Of a stretch of DNA of 64,000 nucleotides, positions 1 through 11,960 are shown one piece after another. A program made the position numbers and the translations under genes. The stretch is taken from positions 48,548,001 to 48,612,000 of the forward strand of contig NC_045697.1 of assembly GCF_009834535.1 (NCBI RefSeq), given 5' to 3'. Each line of letters starts with the position of its first letter. Within the stretch, counting starts at the first letter, position 1. The notes below the pieces were generated by a model. The model had not been told where the DNA came from. It saw only the letters and a program-made list of their open reading frames with translations, and made no database searches. This DNA is from Camelus ferus (taxonomy: Eukaryota).

Positions 1-594
1 AGCTGTCAGTCTCAGGTTAGATTTTCTCCTCTGCACCCGGACGTAATAACCACCCATCACCCCTTTTTGGGCCAAACCTTTCCCACCCACCCCTCTTAGC
101 TGACATAAGTGCATCACCAGCTGATTTCTATTTCTGAGCCTGCAGACCCATGACTTGGACGACCCTCTTTTCCTAACACCACCCCCACCAGACCTCACCC
201 CACTTTGTATCTAGTGCGATGTTTCACAGAAATTGTATTTTCCAACCTCCTCATTCTCAGATAAGGGGGCAGGTACAGCGGCTGGTTGGTCCTCCCTACA
301 CACACGGCCAGGCGGAGAGAGGCGGAACCTCGGCGAGCTCCCAGGGCGAGCCTGGCGCCGGGCGCCCTGCCCTCCGTCCTCCTGGGCCGGCCTGGGACAA
401 GAACGGGCAGGGTAGCGGGTGAAGCCTGGGCGAGAGGCCTGGGGACAGCGTGCTTCCGCTCTTCTTCCACCTGGGCTCCTGTTCCTCTGGCTTCTCCACG
501 TCCCCCTCACAGAGAACAGCCAGGATCCTGCTCCTTTGTCTGTGGTGAGTGTCACCTTTGTCCCATTCGACATCAGATTTCTCACACAGCAGTT

Positions 595-925
595 AGGTGG
601 AATGTAAAAAAATGACACAAACCAACTTATTTACGAAACAGAAACGGACTCACAGACACAGAAAACAAACTTATGGCTACGGAGCGGGGCGGAGGGATAA
701 ATTTAGGAGTTTGGAATTAGCAAATACAAACTACTATGTACAGAACAGATAGACAACAAGGTCCTACTGTATAGCACAGGGCACTACAGTCAATATCTTG
801 TAAGAATCTATAATGAAAAAGAATACGAAGAAAGTATATATATGTGTGTATGACTGAATCACTATGCTGTTCATCACAGACCAACACAACACTGTAAATC
901 GATTACACTTCAATTAAAAAAAAAA
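595..925 (+). mobile_element. 5'-truncated L1 3' end (ungulate-type)
   Basis: gtggaatgtaaaaaaatgacaca...aacaaggtcctactgtatagcacaggg...cacttcaatt plus A-tail; homologous to the copy at 44967-45372. Confidence 0.88.
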
Positions 926-2454
926 GTCTCCAAAAATGGATATAGGAAGTGAACAGAGCCCATGTTGCTCACAACCCTGGATCCTCGGGAGGAGAGGGGA
1001 GGGCCGGGAAGGAGGAGGTACTGGCTTATTAGTAAAACAGACTTGCAGCAAAGAGCTACGAAGTGTGACAATCCAAAATCTGTAAAAAGTGGTAGCACGT
1101 TTTTTCTTACAGTCAGAATGTTTTCTTTTTTCTGAAAGCCTGTGTAAATTCTGAAAGGTTACATCTAACTGGATGCCAAGAACCAACAGCAACAACAAAG
1201 AAGACATTTTCTTAAGTTTCCAAAGACCAGTCTTTCTGTTTGAGTCAAAGTGATGAACGCCTATAAGGGCCTAACGTTGCAAAGTGCTGATCAGCAGAAA
1301 GTCTCATGTTTGGGAATGACAAGGCCCACGTGTGCATTCCAGGGACTCTTACAAATTTTGCAGGGCTCAGAGGAAGACGGGGGTGGGAGGGAAGCAATGT
1401 GACAAATAGGCAAGAGGTATTTAGAAAGGCACGATCCAATTGGAAACAGATGCTACAGCTGTTCCCTCATACCACTCTATAGACATCACGGAGAGAGAAA
1501 AGCCCTTCGCTCAGCAAGCACCAAGGAGAGCTAATGAGAAAACCATGGCGGAGAGTCACTAATCATTTCAAAACCCTCCACTTTCCAAGGGGATCCCAAA
1601 TAACCCAATGTTATCCCCAACATATCACCTTTCTTGCAGAGGAGGAACCCACCCAAATTCTCACCATTGCTGGTCTGGGTCATTTTTGTCCTTTCTGCCC
1701 TGCCTTTACAGGATGGTAGACCTTCCAGACAAGCTTTCTCAAAACAGTGATGAACAGGAGGTCAAAGACAATCAAGGGCCCGCAGCAGTTAGAAGCCTTG
1801 TCCTCAACTGTTTTACGGTTCCACACATTTCCACTCCTCATGTTCACACATCAGTTCCTCAGTGCTTCCTAGCTGAGAAATCCTATGGCAGAGCTCATTT
1901 ATCTCTGTTCCCTGAAGGCATTCATCAGCAAAGAATGAAATATGGAGGGGACACTTCCTGCCCTATGCCACCATGTCTGTCACCGGATATAAATTAGCCA
2001 CTTCCTTTTTGAAAGATATCATTTATTTCTGTCCCTTTCTGAAAATGGAAGGGGTTTTCAGTTACTGTCATGACCATGTAATGGCAGTCTCTGAGAAAGA
2101 AGAAAAAAAATCCAGCCCAGCTCTATGGCAGTCACAAGCAAGGGCACCAGGGACTTCTCCTCCTAAAGCATCTCCAGCTCCTCAGCCAGGCTGATCTAGA
2201 ACATCTCTGAGTGCAGGGATACATTTCTAGTGCCTGGAAGTTGAGGAATGATACCCAAAATGACCAAAGACACGGTAAATACATTCTTATGAAATAAACA
2301 TGCAAATGAATATCTGATATCACTCTGTAAATATTACTAAACATCCTGACCAAAATCCTCAACGATCTTCCTGCGATAACAGTTGCACTGCATCTTCACC
2401 TCAGCCCTAGATCAAACATGATCAGGATGGAATAGAGGTTGTCCGCATACAGCT

Positions 2455-3045
2455 AGGGCATGTCTTGGGTCCCTACTGCCCTACAACAAATGACCACAAA
2501 CTTGGTGGTTGGAAACAACACTTATTCATTAGTTCTTGTTTCTGCAAGTCAGAAGTCTGGGCGGGGCATGGCTGGGTTCTCTGCTCAGGGTATCACAAGG
2601 CTGAAGAAGTCAAGGTGCTAGCCAGGCTCAGAAGCTCTGAGGGAAATTCCACTTCCAAGTTCGCTCAGGATGTTGGCAGAATTTAGTTCCTTGCACCATA
2701 GGAGTGAGGTCCTTCTCTCCTTGCTGTCAACTGGGGGCTGTGCTCAGCTCCAAAATGTTCCCCACAGTTACTCACCACATGGCCACCTCATCTTCAAAGG
2801 CAGCAACAGAAGATCCCTCATGTCCCTCTCATATCTCAAATCTCCTTCAGAAAGAGTCCAGTCCCTTTTAAGGGACTGACTGAGTCACATCCCCTCAGGA
2901 TAATCTTCACATCTTACAGTCAACTGTGCCATAAGACAACCTAGTGTGTGTGACTATCGCATCATAATCACTAGTCCTGGGGCAGCACGGGGCATGTGTA
3001 CCAGGGGGCTGGGTCGGCGGGGCCACCTAGGATTCTGCCAACCAC
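2455..3045 (-). mobile_element. MaLR (MLT1-type) solo LTR
   Basis: aacaaatgaccacaaacttggtggttggaaacaaca...gtcagaagtctggg...aagtcaaggtgctagccagg...attctgccaaccaca, typical of the MLT1 reverse strand. Confidence 0.75.
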
Positions 3046-5839
3046 ACGTGTGTTATAATATTCCTCTGTTCTCCTGGGTGGCTTTAGGATAGACTAAAAT
3101 AATGAACATTAGCATTTCCCTAACTCAAAACAAAACACAACTAAGTCTCTGGGGAGGAGGAAGGGGCAGAAATTAGTAAAAATATAGTAAACTAGATCTC
3201 TATCAGTTTACCAAGGCATTTCCACACTCTTTTACACCAAACATGGTAAGCAGCTAACAACAAACTAGCTGGAGGGTCACTTTGCCTTCAGAGGAAATCT
3301 TCCAACAACGAAAGTCAACTTTGCAAACACTTAGGTGACTGTCACACGCAAGAATTCTAGGAAATGCAAAAGCTTCTTAAGGAACTTATGCATTAATAGG
3401 GAGAAAAGTCAGTGGGAGAAAATAGAAAACAACTGCAAAGTGTCTGATGATGAAATATAGTACAAATGTTATCAGGGTGAGACAATGGAGAATAACATGG
3501 ACCACAGCAAAAAAGGGAAGGTTTTCTTAGAGGGGGCCAGATCTGATCCAGCTCATGATAAGGTGAAACAGATCTGCATAGCTGCAGAGAAGGGATGGAG
3601 ATGAGAGGAGAGAAAGAAAGAAGCAGAGTCTATCGAGGGAGACAGCAGGAAAAGAAAGAGGTCCAAAGGGCATGGAAATCAATGAACTAGAGAAACTGAA
3701 GAATAACTCAGAGTAGAGGATATAAGAGCCGAAATAAAACTCATTAACATTTCAATTTACTGGACATACCCCTTAAAGTGACGCACTGCAAAGGCACATA
3801 TAAGCAACGCATAACTAAACACGTGCCCAGGATCTGTCACTAGCTGTCCCAGTGTTGCGTGAGGGAAACGATCTAGGGACAATCACTGATGGTCACATCA
3901 TGAAAGATTTTTCTGCTTCCTACAGCCCAGGGCACTTAGGAACAGATCTTCCCACTGGAGCAGCAGCCCAGGGGATCTTGGGAATAGAATTTCCTTCTAG
4001 CCAAGGTTTTAACCCAGATTACCAGCCTGGGCAACCATCCAAATGGTAAGCTATTGGATGCAAATGTCCTTCAGAGCATTAAAAAAAAAGGGGGGGGGGA
4101 TTCTATCTTGCAAAGAACCTAATAGATTGACTCCAATATTTATGGCTACAATTTCTGCTATTCTAATCAAATTAAGGCTTTCTTATTCCTTCCTGACTCT
4201 GTTCTCCTTCTCAAAAACATAGGACCAATTAACCCCTAAAACAATAAATAAATATTCCCACTAGCAGAACATACAGCTTTCTGCATTATAGAAGGTTAAC
4301 TGCACATCACAGAAGCATCTGCCCTGCTCTCAGAGAAAGCTGGACTAGGGATTTTCTCACACATACTGACGTGCTTAGGAAAGCAGACCCAAGAGGCTCT
4401 ATTATAATTTTCCTCTCCTCCCAAAAGTTTCCCATTGTTGGATGATTTTAGATGCTGGCTTTCTTGTCTTGATCAGCTAATGCAAAACATATCTTCTTTT
4501 CACATGCTGTTACAGAAGAATGTTCCCACAGTCCCCTCCACCACCTCCACTGTCTCTTAAAGAGGCATTTTCATTATCATTATCATCATGTTATTTCTGA
4601 AGAATCAGGTAGAACCCAAGTAGGATTCTGGGAAACCCCTACTACATACAACAGTCTATTACCAAATCCTATCAGTTTTCAAAAAGAGATGATAAAATAT
4701 ATGCAACCGTAGAGGTTCCATTTCCATGTGTGTTGTTCCCACAAACCACAAAGGGTCAGCAGCCCAGACCTCTCACTGAGATGGGGTCCTGTCCCAGCTC
4801 AATGCTCCTAGATTAATAGATTAAGAGTTATGGGATATGTGAATGGGAGTATGTTTCTGACAGTCTTTGATAGGATGATTACAGGGTAGCATTAAACTGA
4901 AATCGAAACTTGAAAGATTATAGCTTGGCAAGAGATCCTTGCTATAATTCACACATTCTCTAGGAAGGAGAAACAGAAAGTTAAATGAGACCCAGGGTGA
5001 AAGAAAGAACAGAATTAGAAGTCTTAGGCACTGATCCAAGGAGCTGCCATTAAACCCTTCCAAAGCCTCAATGGTTCATTAGAATAATTATTATTCACGT
5101 AGTGAAAATGAAAGGCAGGCAGGGAAAAATAAGTGATAACTACACTGGCAAAAACAAGAAGAGTAACTTTGGCCATTTGGATTTGAGAAGGATCCAAGCC
5201 TCAAATCCCTCCCACATAGCGAGGGTCAGACCATATATCTTACTGTAATCATGGCTACACAGAGTTAAACCCCTTTTGCCACAATTGCACCAACTGTACA
5301 TTCTTAGGTTGGTTATTACCAGGAGTGGGTTTTGTGCACTGTGGCAGCTGAAACCACCAGTGTAAGGAAATCAGGCTTGGCAGCTATCCCCCAGGATTCC
5401 TCCTCAGTCCAACTTCCTGCCCATTCTTTAGACCAGATATTAATAATTCGGAAGACATTGTGACAGCCATAAGGCATCTGGCTGCTCGCATGCCCAAATA
5501 CTCAAGGGACAATCACTATAAAACCAGCTATATCTGGACAGAGGAATTCATGAAGCTTCATGGAATTGAGATGGAAAAGTAGATTGGTATCTTTTTAAAG
5601 TATCAATTCAAAGTTGCCTAGAATACCTGAATAATGAAGGTTAAAATATTTAGAGTCGGGAAAAGAGGAAACAGGCTCTACCACTTTTTTAGCCAGGGGT
5701 CTAACGGTTCCCTTGATCAATCAACCAAAAAGCAGTAATTGAACATTTATGTAAAGACTACAGTGTTAAGTGCAGTTTAGTAACACGAACACACCCCGAG
5801 GCCACCACACTTGGTCTCCCCTTCCAGCTTTTCAATCAG

Positions 5840-6030
5840 TACTAGTTTACTGAGTGCTTTTGTGCCACCCACCACACCTGGACCTTTAGAACATCTGCCT
5901 ATTTAATCCTCATAAACTCCGTGAAGCAGATTTTTTTTGGCTCTGTTTTATAGATGAGGAAACCAAAGCCCAATTAAATGGCAGAGGTATCATTCAAACC
6001 AGTTTTGCCAGATTCCAAGTCCACCACCAT
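5840..6030 (-). mobile_element. MIR SINE
   Basis: tttactgagtgc...atttaatcctcat...ttttatagatgaggaaacc MIR core. Confidence 0.7.
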
Positions 6031-6759
6031 GTAGACTTTAAGCTGGACAGTTGACTCTTTTCAAAGCACACCTACCTCTACACAGAGAATGCTTCCATCC
6101 TCAATCTCCCCTGGCATATCCTACCCATCCTTAAAATTCCAGGCAAAAATGCCACCTTTGTTCATTAAGCCTTCCCTAGTTCCTTGAATTATATACCACT
6201 GCTCTCTACTTAACAAACATTTACCGTATTTGGGCCACTCTTAATTTTCTCTGGTCAGCCTATAAAGACCAGTTGCAGAGAAAAATCAACCAAAGCTCAC
6301 ACAGAAAATGCAAAGAAAATGCATCAGAGCTAGAGAAGAAAGACAGGGTGCAGTTAGCAGTCCTGACTGATGAAAGCCACATGGCTGACACACCAGAAAT
6401 TTCCATCACTTCTTCTCCTTAGCTTCTCAGTGACCACTGAGGCGCACACACACGACTGCATGGCCAAAAAACTTTCAGCAGTAGGAGACAGAGAAGAACG
6501 CCTATTTTCTGTCCCCCTACCTACCATGTGCAAGGAACTGGCAAGACATCATATCAAATTAATTACCCCCCCCCCAAAAAAAGAGAGACGCACCTTTTGG
6601 GATGAGAGGATGTCTCCAGATTCATTCCCTCACCCTGTCTAAAGGTGAGGGCTCATTGCCTAGGTATTTACGATTACAATGAAGAGATGAACATCTATTG
6701 ATTTACTGATGGAACACCATTATCCATTTCTGAGCTTATACGAAGAAATAAAACTTTTA

Positions 6760-6870
6760 CAGTGGTAGAGCACATGCTTAGCATGCACAAGGTCCTGGGT
6801 TCAATCTCCAGTACCTCCATTAAATAAATAAATGAACAACTTAATTACTACCCCCCCCAAATAATAAACA
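6760..6870 (+). mobile_element. tRNA-Ala-derived camelid-type SINE (vic-1-like), 5' truncated
   Basis: agtggtagagcacatgcttagcatgcacaaggtcctgggttcaatctccagtacctcca, then AAAT-rich spacer and ttaattac-C-run tail. Confidence 0.88.
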
Positions 6871-8799
6871 TTTAAAATTAGTAATATGTTTGCCCTTAGG
6901 GAAATTAACATTCATAATTCTAAAGCCTACCCTGAGCTGGTCGGCTCATTCACTTAGTTGGCAATTTCACTTTTGTTTCACTTAACGTAAGGCATTTTCA
7001 TTGCACCCACATTCCTTTCCACGCACTCATCTGCAGCTCACAAGTTGGGAAAAAAAACGTCCAAACCATCAGCCACTGTGGCACCAACACAAAATACCTG
7101 CTTTTCAATTTCCTAACAATCCACAAGGTAATTATCAATAGCTTACTCAGATCCATGGAAACCATATTCAGATGCCATCTGTTTAGGCAATAATATTTCT
7201 AAATGCAACAAATGGCAAAGCATTCTAAAGTCAAACTTTAATAAAGTCACATATTATTTAATGCCATTTTCTCCCTTGCCAATAAAAATTGGTAGTTGCT
7301 TCCTCTTGAGCTTTTCCTATGGTCTAAATTGCTCTCCCACCAAATATGCTTTCTTTAGGATACCATACTCTTTTCTCTCCACTTCATTCCACAGTGCATT
7401 ATGAAGCTGGACTTACGTACCTGAAAACAACTAACACACACGCATACAGAGCTACTCTGCCCAGCTAAAAATCCTCTAGGGCTTCCCACCATGTGCCAGC
7501 TCGGGTCGGCTTTAAATGACAGCAAATACCGTTTCTCTGGGCTTCACTCTCTCCTCTGTAACACAGATGAGGGGAGAGGGGTTGTTGAGGAAGGGTACGT
7601 GAATACTCTCTAATTCTTCAATTACAGGCTTCTGTTGCTCACGTGGGGTTAAGAGAAGAAAAGATGCCAGTGTCTACATTAAAGCAGGTATCAGGCCTCA
7701 AATAAAACCTTACCAGAGGTATCCAGTCATCCAAGCAGAATTATAAAATATGAGGCCAAATGAGAAGACACAACAGAGGAACAGATCCAAATGCAAGTCA
7801 AACAGTACATTATCCCGTCCAAGAAGCACAACTTGAGTCTAGTTCCTGACACCACAAAGCCAGCCTATTATCTAGCCGAAAGCAAAACAACCAACCAGCC
7901 CTCGTGGGCCAAGGTCAACGTGACCCAGCAGGCTCAGAGTGGTGGGGGGCCACAGTCAGCAGACCATTCCCACACCAGGAGCTCTCGGGATTCTAGCCCC
8001 ATATTTGGGCTTGGGAGTCTCTGGTTTTCTTTAACCTTACAACAAGGAGAGACTCACAAGCCCTAGATATTATGTTAACACAAGTACAGGGGGTGAAAAA
8101 TAACTGTGATGGATATAGTTGTAACTCCTGTGTCCAAACAGGTGTTTTTTTAAGACTGGAAAGATTCAAGAGCTCCAAAAAAAAGCAGGATAAATGAGGA
8201 AAAGAACAGATTCATTGTTTCCCCAAATGCTAGAAACCAGAGCTCTCTTTAAACCCGAGCGCCCATCACATACCCTTATCACACAGAGAGAACAAACACC
8301 CACAGACCCAGTGGCCAGCCCAAGAGACGGAGCACTATCACAAGCTCTGAAGCCGGAGTCCGCCATGTGACAGCATCCCTCTCCGTCCCGCCCACCACCA
8401 GAGACAAACGCTATTCTGAACTGGCATTAAATCATTTTCTTGGTTTTATAAAACAGCGTTACCTTATATACCTCTATCAGCACATAGTCACTAAGAGTCC
8501 TAACTTCAGAATAACAGAAGTGCCCGCCTCCTTCTCCATGCCACTCATCAGCAAACTCAGTGCCCCTTCCTAGAGGGGATGAGTGCGGATGCGGAGCTGG
8601 GAGAGTTACTTTAAAGGAACGGATCTCCAAGTGTGGTCAGAGGTTCCCTGGGGCCTTTCCAGGAAACTTTCGGGGGGAGCAAGTTCCTCTTTTCCAGCCA
8701 CATATCTGTGAGGCTAGATCTTCTTTATGCACTTCAACCCACACAACGTATTGCATCAGAGTAAATGAAAAGCGGCTCTGAAGACCCGGCGGTCTTCAA

Positions 8800-8965
8800 T
8801 TCAGCCAGACATTAAAAAGAATGACAAAAATGTGAAATGATGTATCTCATCTCACTCATCTGTTGGCTTGAAAAAGTCACGTTTCATAAAACTTATGATG
8901 CTTATGGTCACAAGTAATAAAATTATTGCTATTTAAAATGAATTAAGAAATATTTTTAAAACATA
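8800..8965 (+). mobile_element. hAT-Charlie (Charlie1-like) fragment
   Basis: agccagacattaaaaagaatgacaaaaatgtgaaa...tttaaaatgaattaagaaatattttt resembles the recalled Charlie1 3' region. Confidence 0.5.
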
Positions 8966-9519
8966 AAAAAATAATAGAATCACAAAACCCCATGGGAACC
9001 GCTACAAGGTGTGCTCTGTGTTGGCATAAAGTACACAGCTAATAAAAAAGGTCCCCACCTGACACTGTCACAGAGAGCACTCTGGGACAGTAGAGAGCTT
9101 TCAAATGGTGCTCCGTGTTGTCTGTAAGGCATCAGTTACTCTCTAGTCCCCAGGCGGGAGGAGCACACACTTGAGCGGCACCAACAGTAACCCGAGCTGA
9201 GTTATGTAAGCCTTTTACAAGGACTCACATTTTTTACAAAGGATGACTCACCATAAATATCCGACTGCATTGAGAACCCAAGTTAAACTTGATTCATTCC
9301 ATCTGCAGCTTCAAAACTGTTTTGCTTTTTTTTTCTTTTTTCCCATCACCAATTAGTCACCGACCAGAGTCCCAACCATGAGATCAGTGATTGGAAAGGG
9401 ATTTGGGGTTTTCTCCACAGGGCAGTGGGAAACCACCAGAGAATTTGCAGACGAACTGCTTATCTAGAGCACCTCGTCTCTGTCCTTGGGTTGGTAGGTA
9501 GCATGAGCACAAGGCGGAG

Positions 9520-9640
9520 GATTGGGCTCCAGTTCTGAATCTGTGGGCCTTAAACAGGTCACTAACTCCCCTGGGTCTTGGCTTCCTTCTCTGTAAAATG
9601 AAAAAGCTGGATGAGACGATTTCTTTAAAAGTCATTCTTG
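9520..9640 (+). mobile_element. MIR SINE fragment
   Basis: ctgtgggccttaaacaggtcactaactcccctgggtcttggcttccttctctgtaaaatg MIR core. Confidence 0.65.
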
Positions 9641-10989
9641 CTCGAACACTCGATGAAAACCCAAGCCACGAAAACCTGACACGCTGTTCCCTTTGCCTCC
9701 ACAGCATCTGCTTGGCGGTGTCATCAGTCCTGTAAACAGTCAACATGTACCACAGTTGCAGGGCAACTTCAAGGAGGAAGAGGGCAACAGGAAGAGGAAG
9801 TAAAGAAAGTCCACAAGGACGTCCAGGATGTTTTGGCTGATTTCAGCTGCTAGAGGCAGAACTCACGAACACACCACCAATCCTAAAGAACCCATTCTTT
9901 AGTGAACAAAGGAACATAGCCATAGTGAGGAAGGATGACCCAGCGTCACCAGCAGTATTCCTGCGGCTCAAATAAACCCCACTCTTCTAGAATCCACAGA
10001 AATGCCTTCATCGACAAGGGGAGGTAAAAGTAATACCAATTCACCGAATCTGTCAGAGATAAGAATATAAGATGAAATGCACTGACATAGTCCCAGGACC
10101 ACCACTCGGGGAATCGTGACTTACTGCTTTAAACCCATAAGGCAGCCAACATTCACAAGGTACCACTTATCATTATCACTTATCACTTATCAGTAACTAT
10201 TCTAAGTGCTTGATACGCAAGAAAGTTTACATCCTCACAACCCGGTAAGATATTTTCCTCCTCATTCTCCAGAGGTAGAAATTAAGTCACAGAGATACAG
10301 AGCAGCTTGCCCAAGGTCTCAGAGGAAGGAAGTAACAGCACCTGGATTTTTAACCTGTTTTAACACCATGAAATTTTATCAGCGATTCCCCCTCAGCCTT
10401 TGTTCCATATAAACAGATTTTAGTTTCTGTCCTGTTGGCTTGATAGGTGTCACATGTTCACGGAGGTGGGAGGTCATGTCTGGGACAGCCCGAGGAAACC
10501 GGTGCTGGGCAGGGGACTGGGCCTGCGGGTCAGGAGCCCCGGGGAGCTGGCCAGGCTCTGAGTGTCCCCCTCACACGTGTGTGTCTCACGTACACACGCC
10601 GGCCAGGTCCATCCAGTCCCCACGCACCGCAGCGCCATGTGGGTTTACCTGAGACCCCAATGGGTGAAGGGCTGCTGGAGAGATTCCAGAGCTTGGAAGG
10701 AGAGAATGACCCACGGGTCACCTTGGCAGAAGGCAGCAAAGCCTGCACAGGCAAGCAGGGAGGGGGATTTGATTTTTTTTTTAAGGCTTTCAAGTGGTAA
10801 AGACCTTCAGCAACTTCTCACTTCCCTTAAGAGCAAGTCACTCAGGCCACGTCAGCAGATGCTTGATAGAGCCTGATTTCACAGCAGAACAGACATCGAT
10901 GTCGAGGACACGGCATTCAGAATCTTCACAAATACTTTTAAAAGAAACAGTATTTTAAAAGATGGGTAACCATTATCTGTGGATGGCTG

Positions 10990-11205
10990 TGAGGTCAGAA
11001 GAAATTGAATTCAAATCCTCGCACCATTTACTTACTGGCTATGTGACTCTGGGCAAGTTCTTTAACCTCTTTGAGACTGTTTCATCATCTGGAAAATGGC
11101 ATAATAACAATGCCACTCTTCAGTTTGTTTACTGGCTCAATGAGATACTGCATATAAACTGCTTAGGCACAGTGCCTGCTGCACAGTGAGTGTTCAGTAC
11201 TGTTA
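10990..11205 (+). mobile_element. MIR SINE
   Basis: ttcaaatcc...acttactggctatgtgactctgggcaagttctttaacctct...catctggaaaatgg...gcttaggcacagtgcctg. Confidence 0.85.
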
Positions 11206-11699
11206 CTCATCACTTTCCACAAGGAACTTTCCTTTGATCTATAAACTTGGAAATCCCCCAGTTGAAAGGACTGTTAAAATGGGATCTCTCCCCATAGAAA
11301 CAACACACTTCGAATTCAGTTAAAGACCCAATCGCTGACGCAAGGGCTCCCTTGCTTCTCCTGTGTCTAGCTCAGCGTGTATGCAACTGCTAATTACAAG
11401 TCAGGTATTAATTATCTCCTAAGTTTCTTCAAATCACAGAGCATTAAATGCCCGTGCCCCTCTGAGAGGGCTGGATTCTTGAGCCCCTTTTCATGTCTTG
11501 GGTTCCACACTCTTCCTTTTCTGTCTCCTCTTTGAGTAGTTTCAAATTTATTAATTCAGGACATCTCTCACTGGATGAATGGACTGTTTCTTAACAGCTG
11601 CTACATTCTTGTCCCCTCTAAACTACTGAGCAAAAGACAAAACAGTTGTTAAACGTAATTAAATGAACTTCAGTGAAAAGTGAACTAGACTTCTGAAAC

Positions 11700-11960
11700 A
11701 AGACACCAAAATACAAACCCAAAAGAAGATAGTACATTTAAGGCTTCTATATCACAAGACACCAAAAACAGAAGACACATGGCAGACTGGGAGAAGAATA
11801 AGTGGCACATATAAAAAGGATGAATGTCAACAAGATAGAGAAAAATAGCCCAATTAGAGGGCAAAGGAGAAGAAAGGCAAGGATGTGAATAGATTACTCA
11901 CAGAGAAATAAATACAAGTGGCCAATAGCCACAGGAAGAGATGTCCCACCGCAGCACACG
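11700..11960 (+). mobile_element. Ancient L1 (L1M-type) ORF2 remnant
   Basis: cagactgggagaaga...aaaaatagcccaatt...gatgtgaataga...caagtggccaata, degenerate L1 ORF2 3' motifs. Confidence 0.55.
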
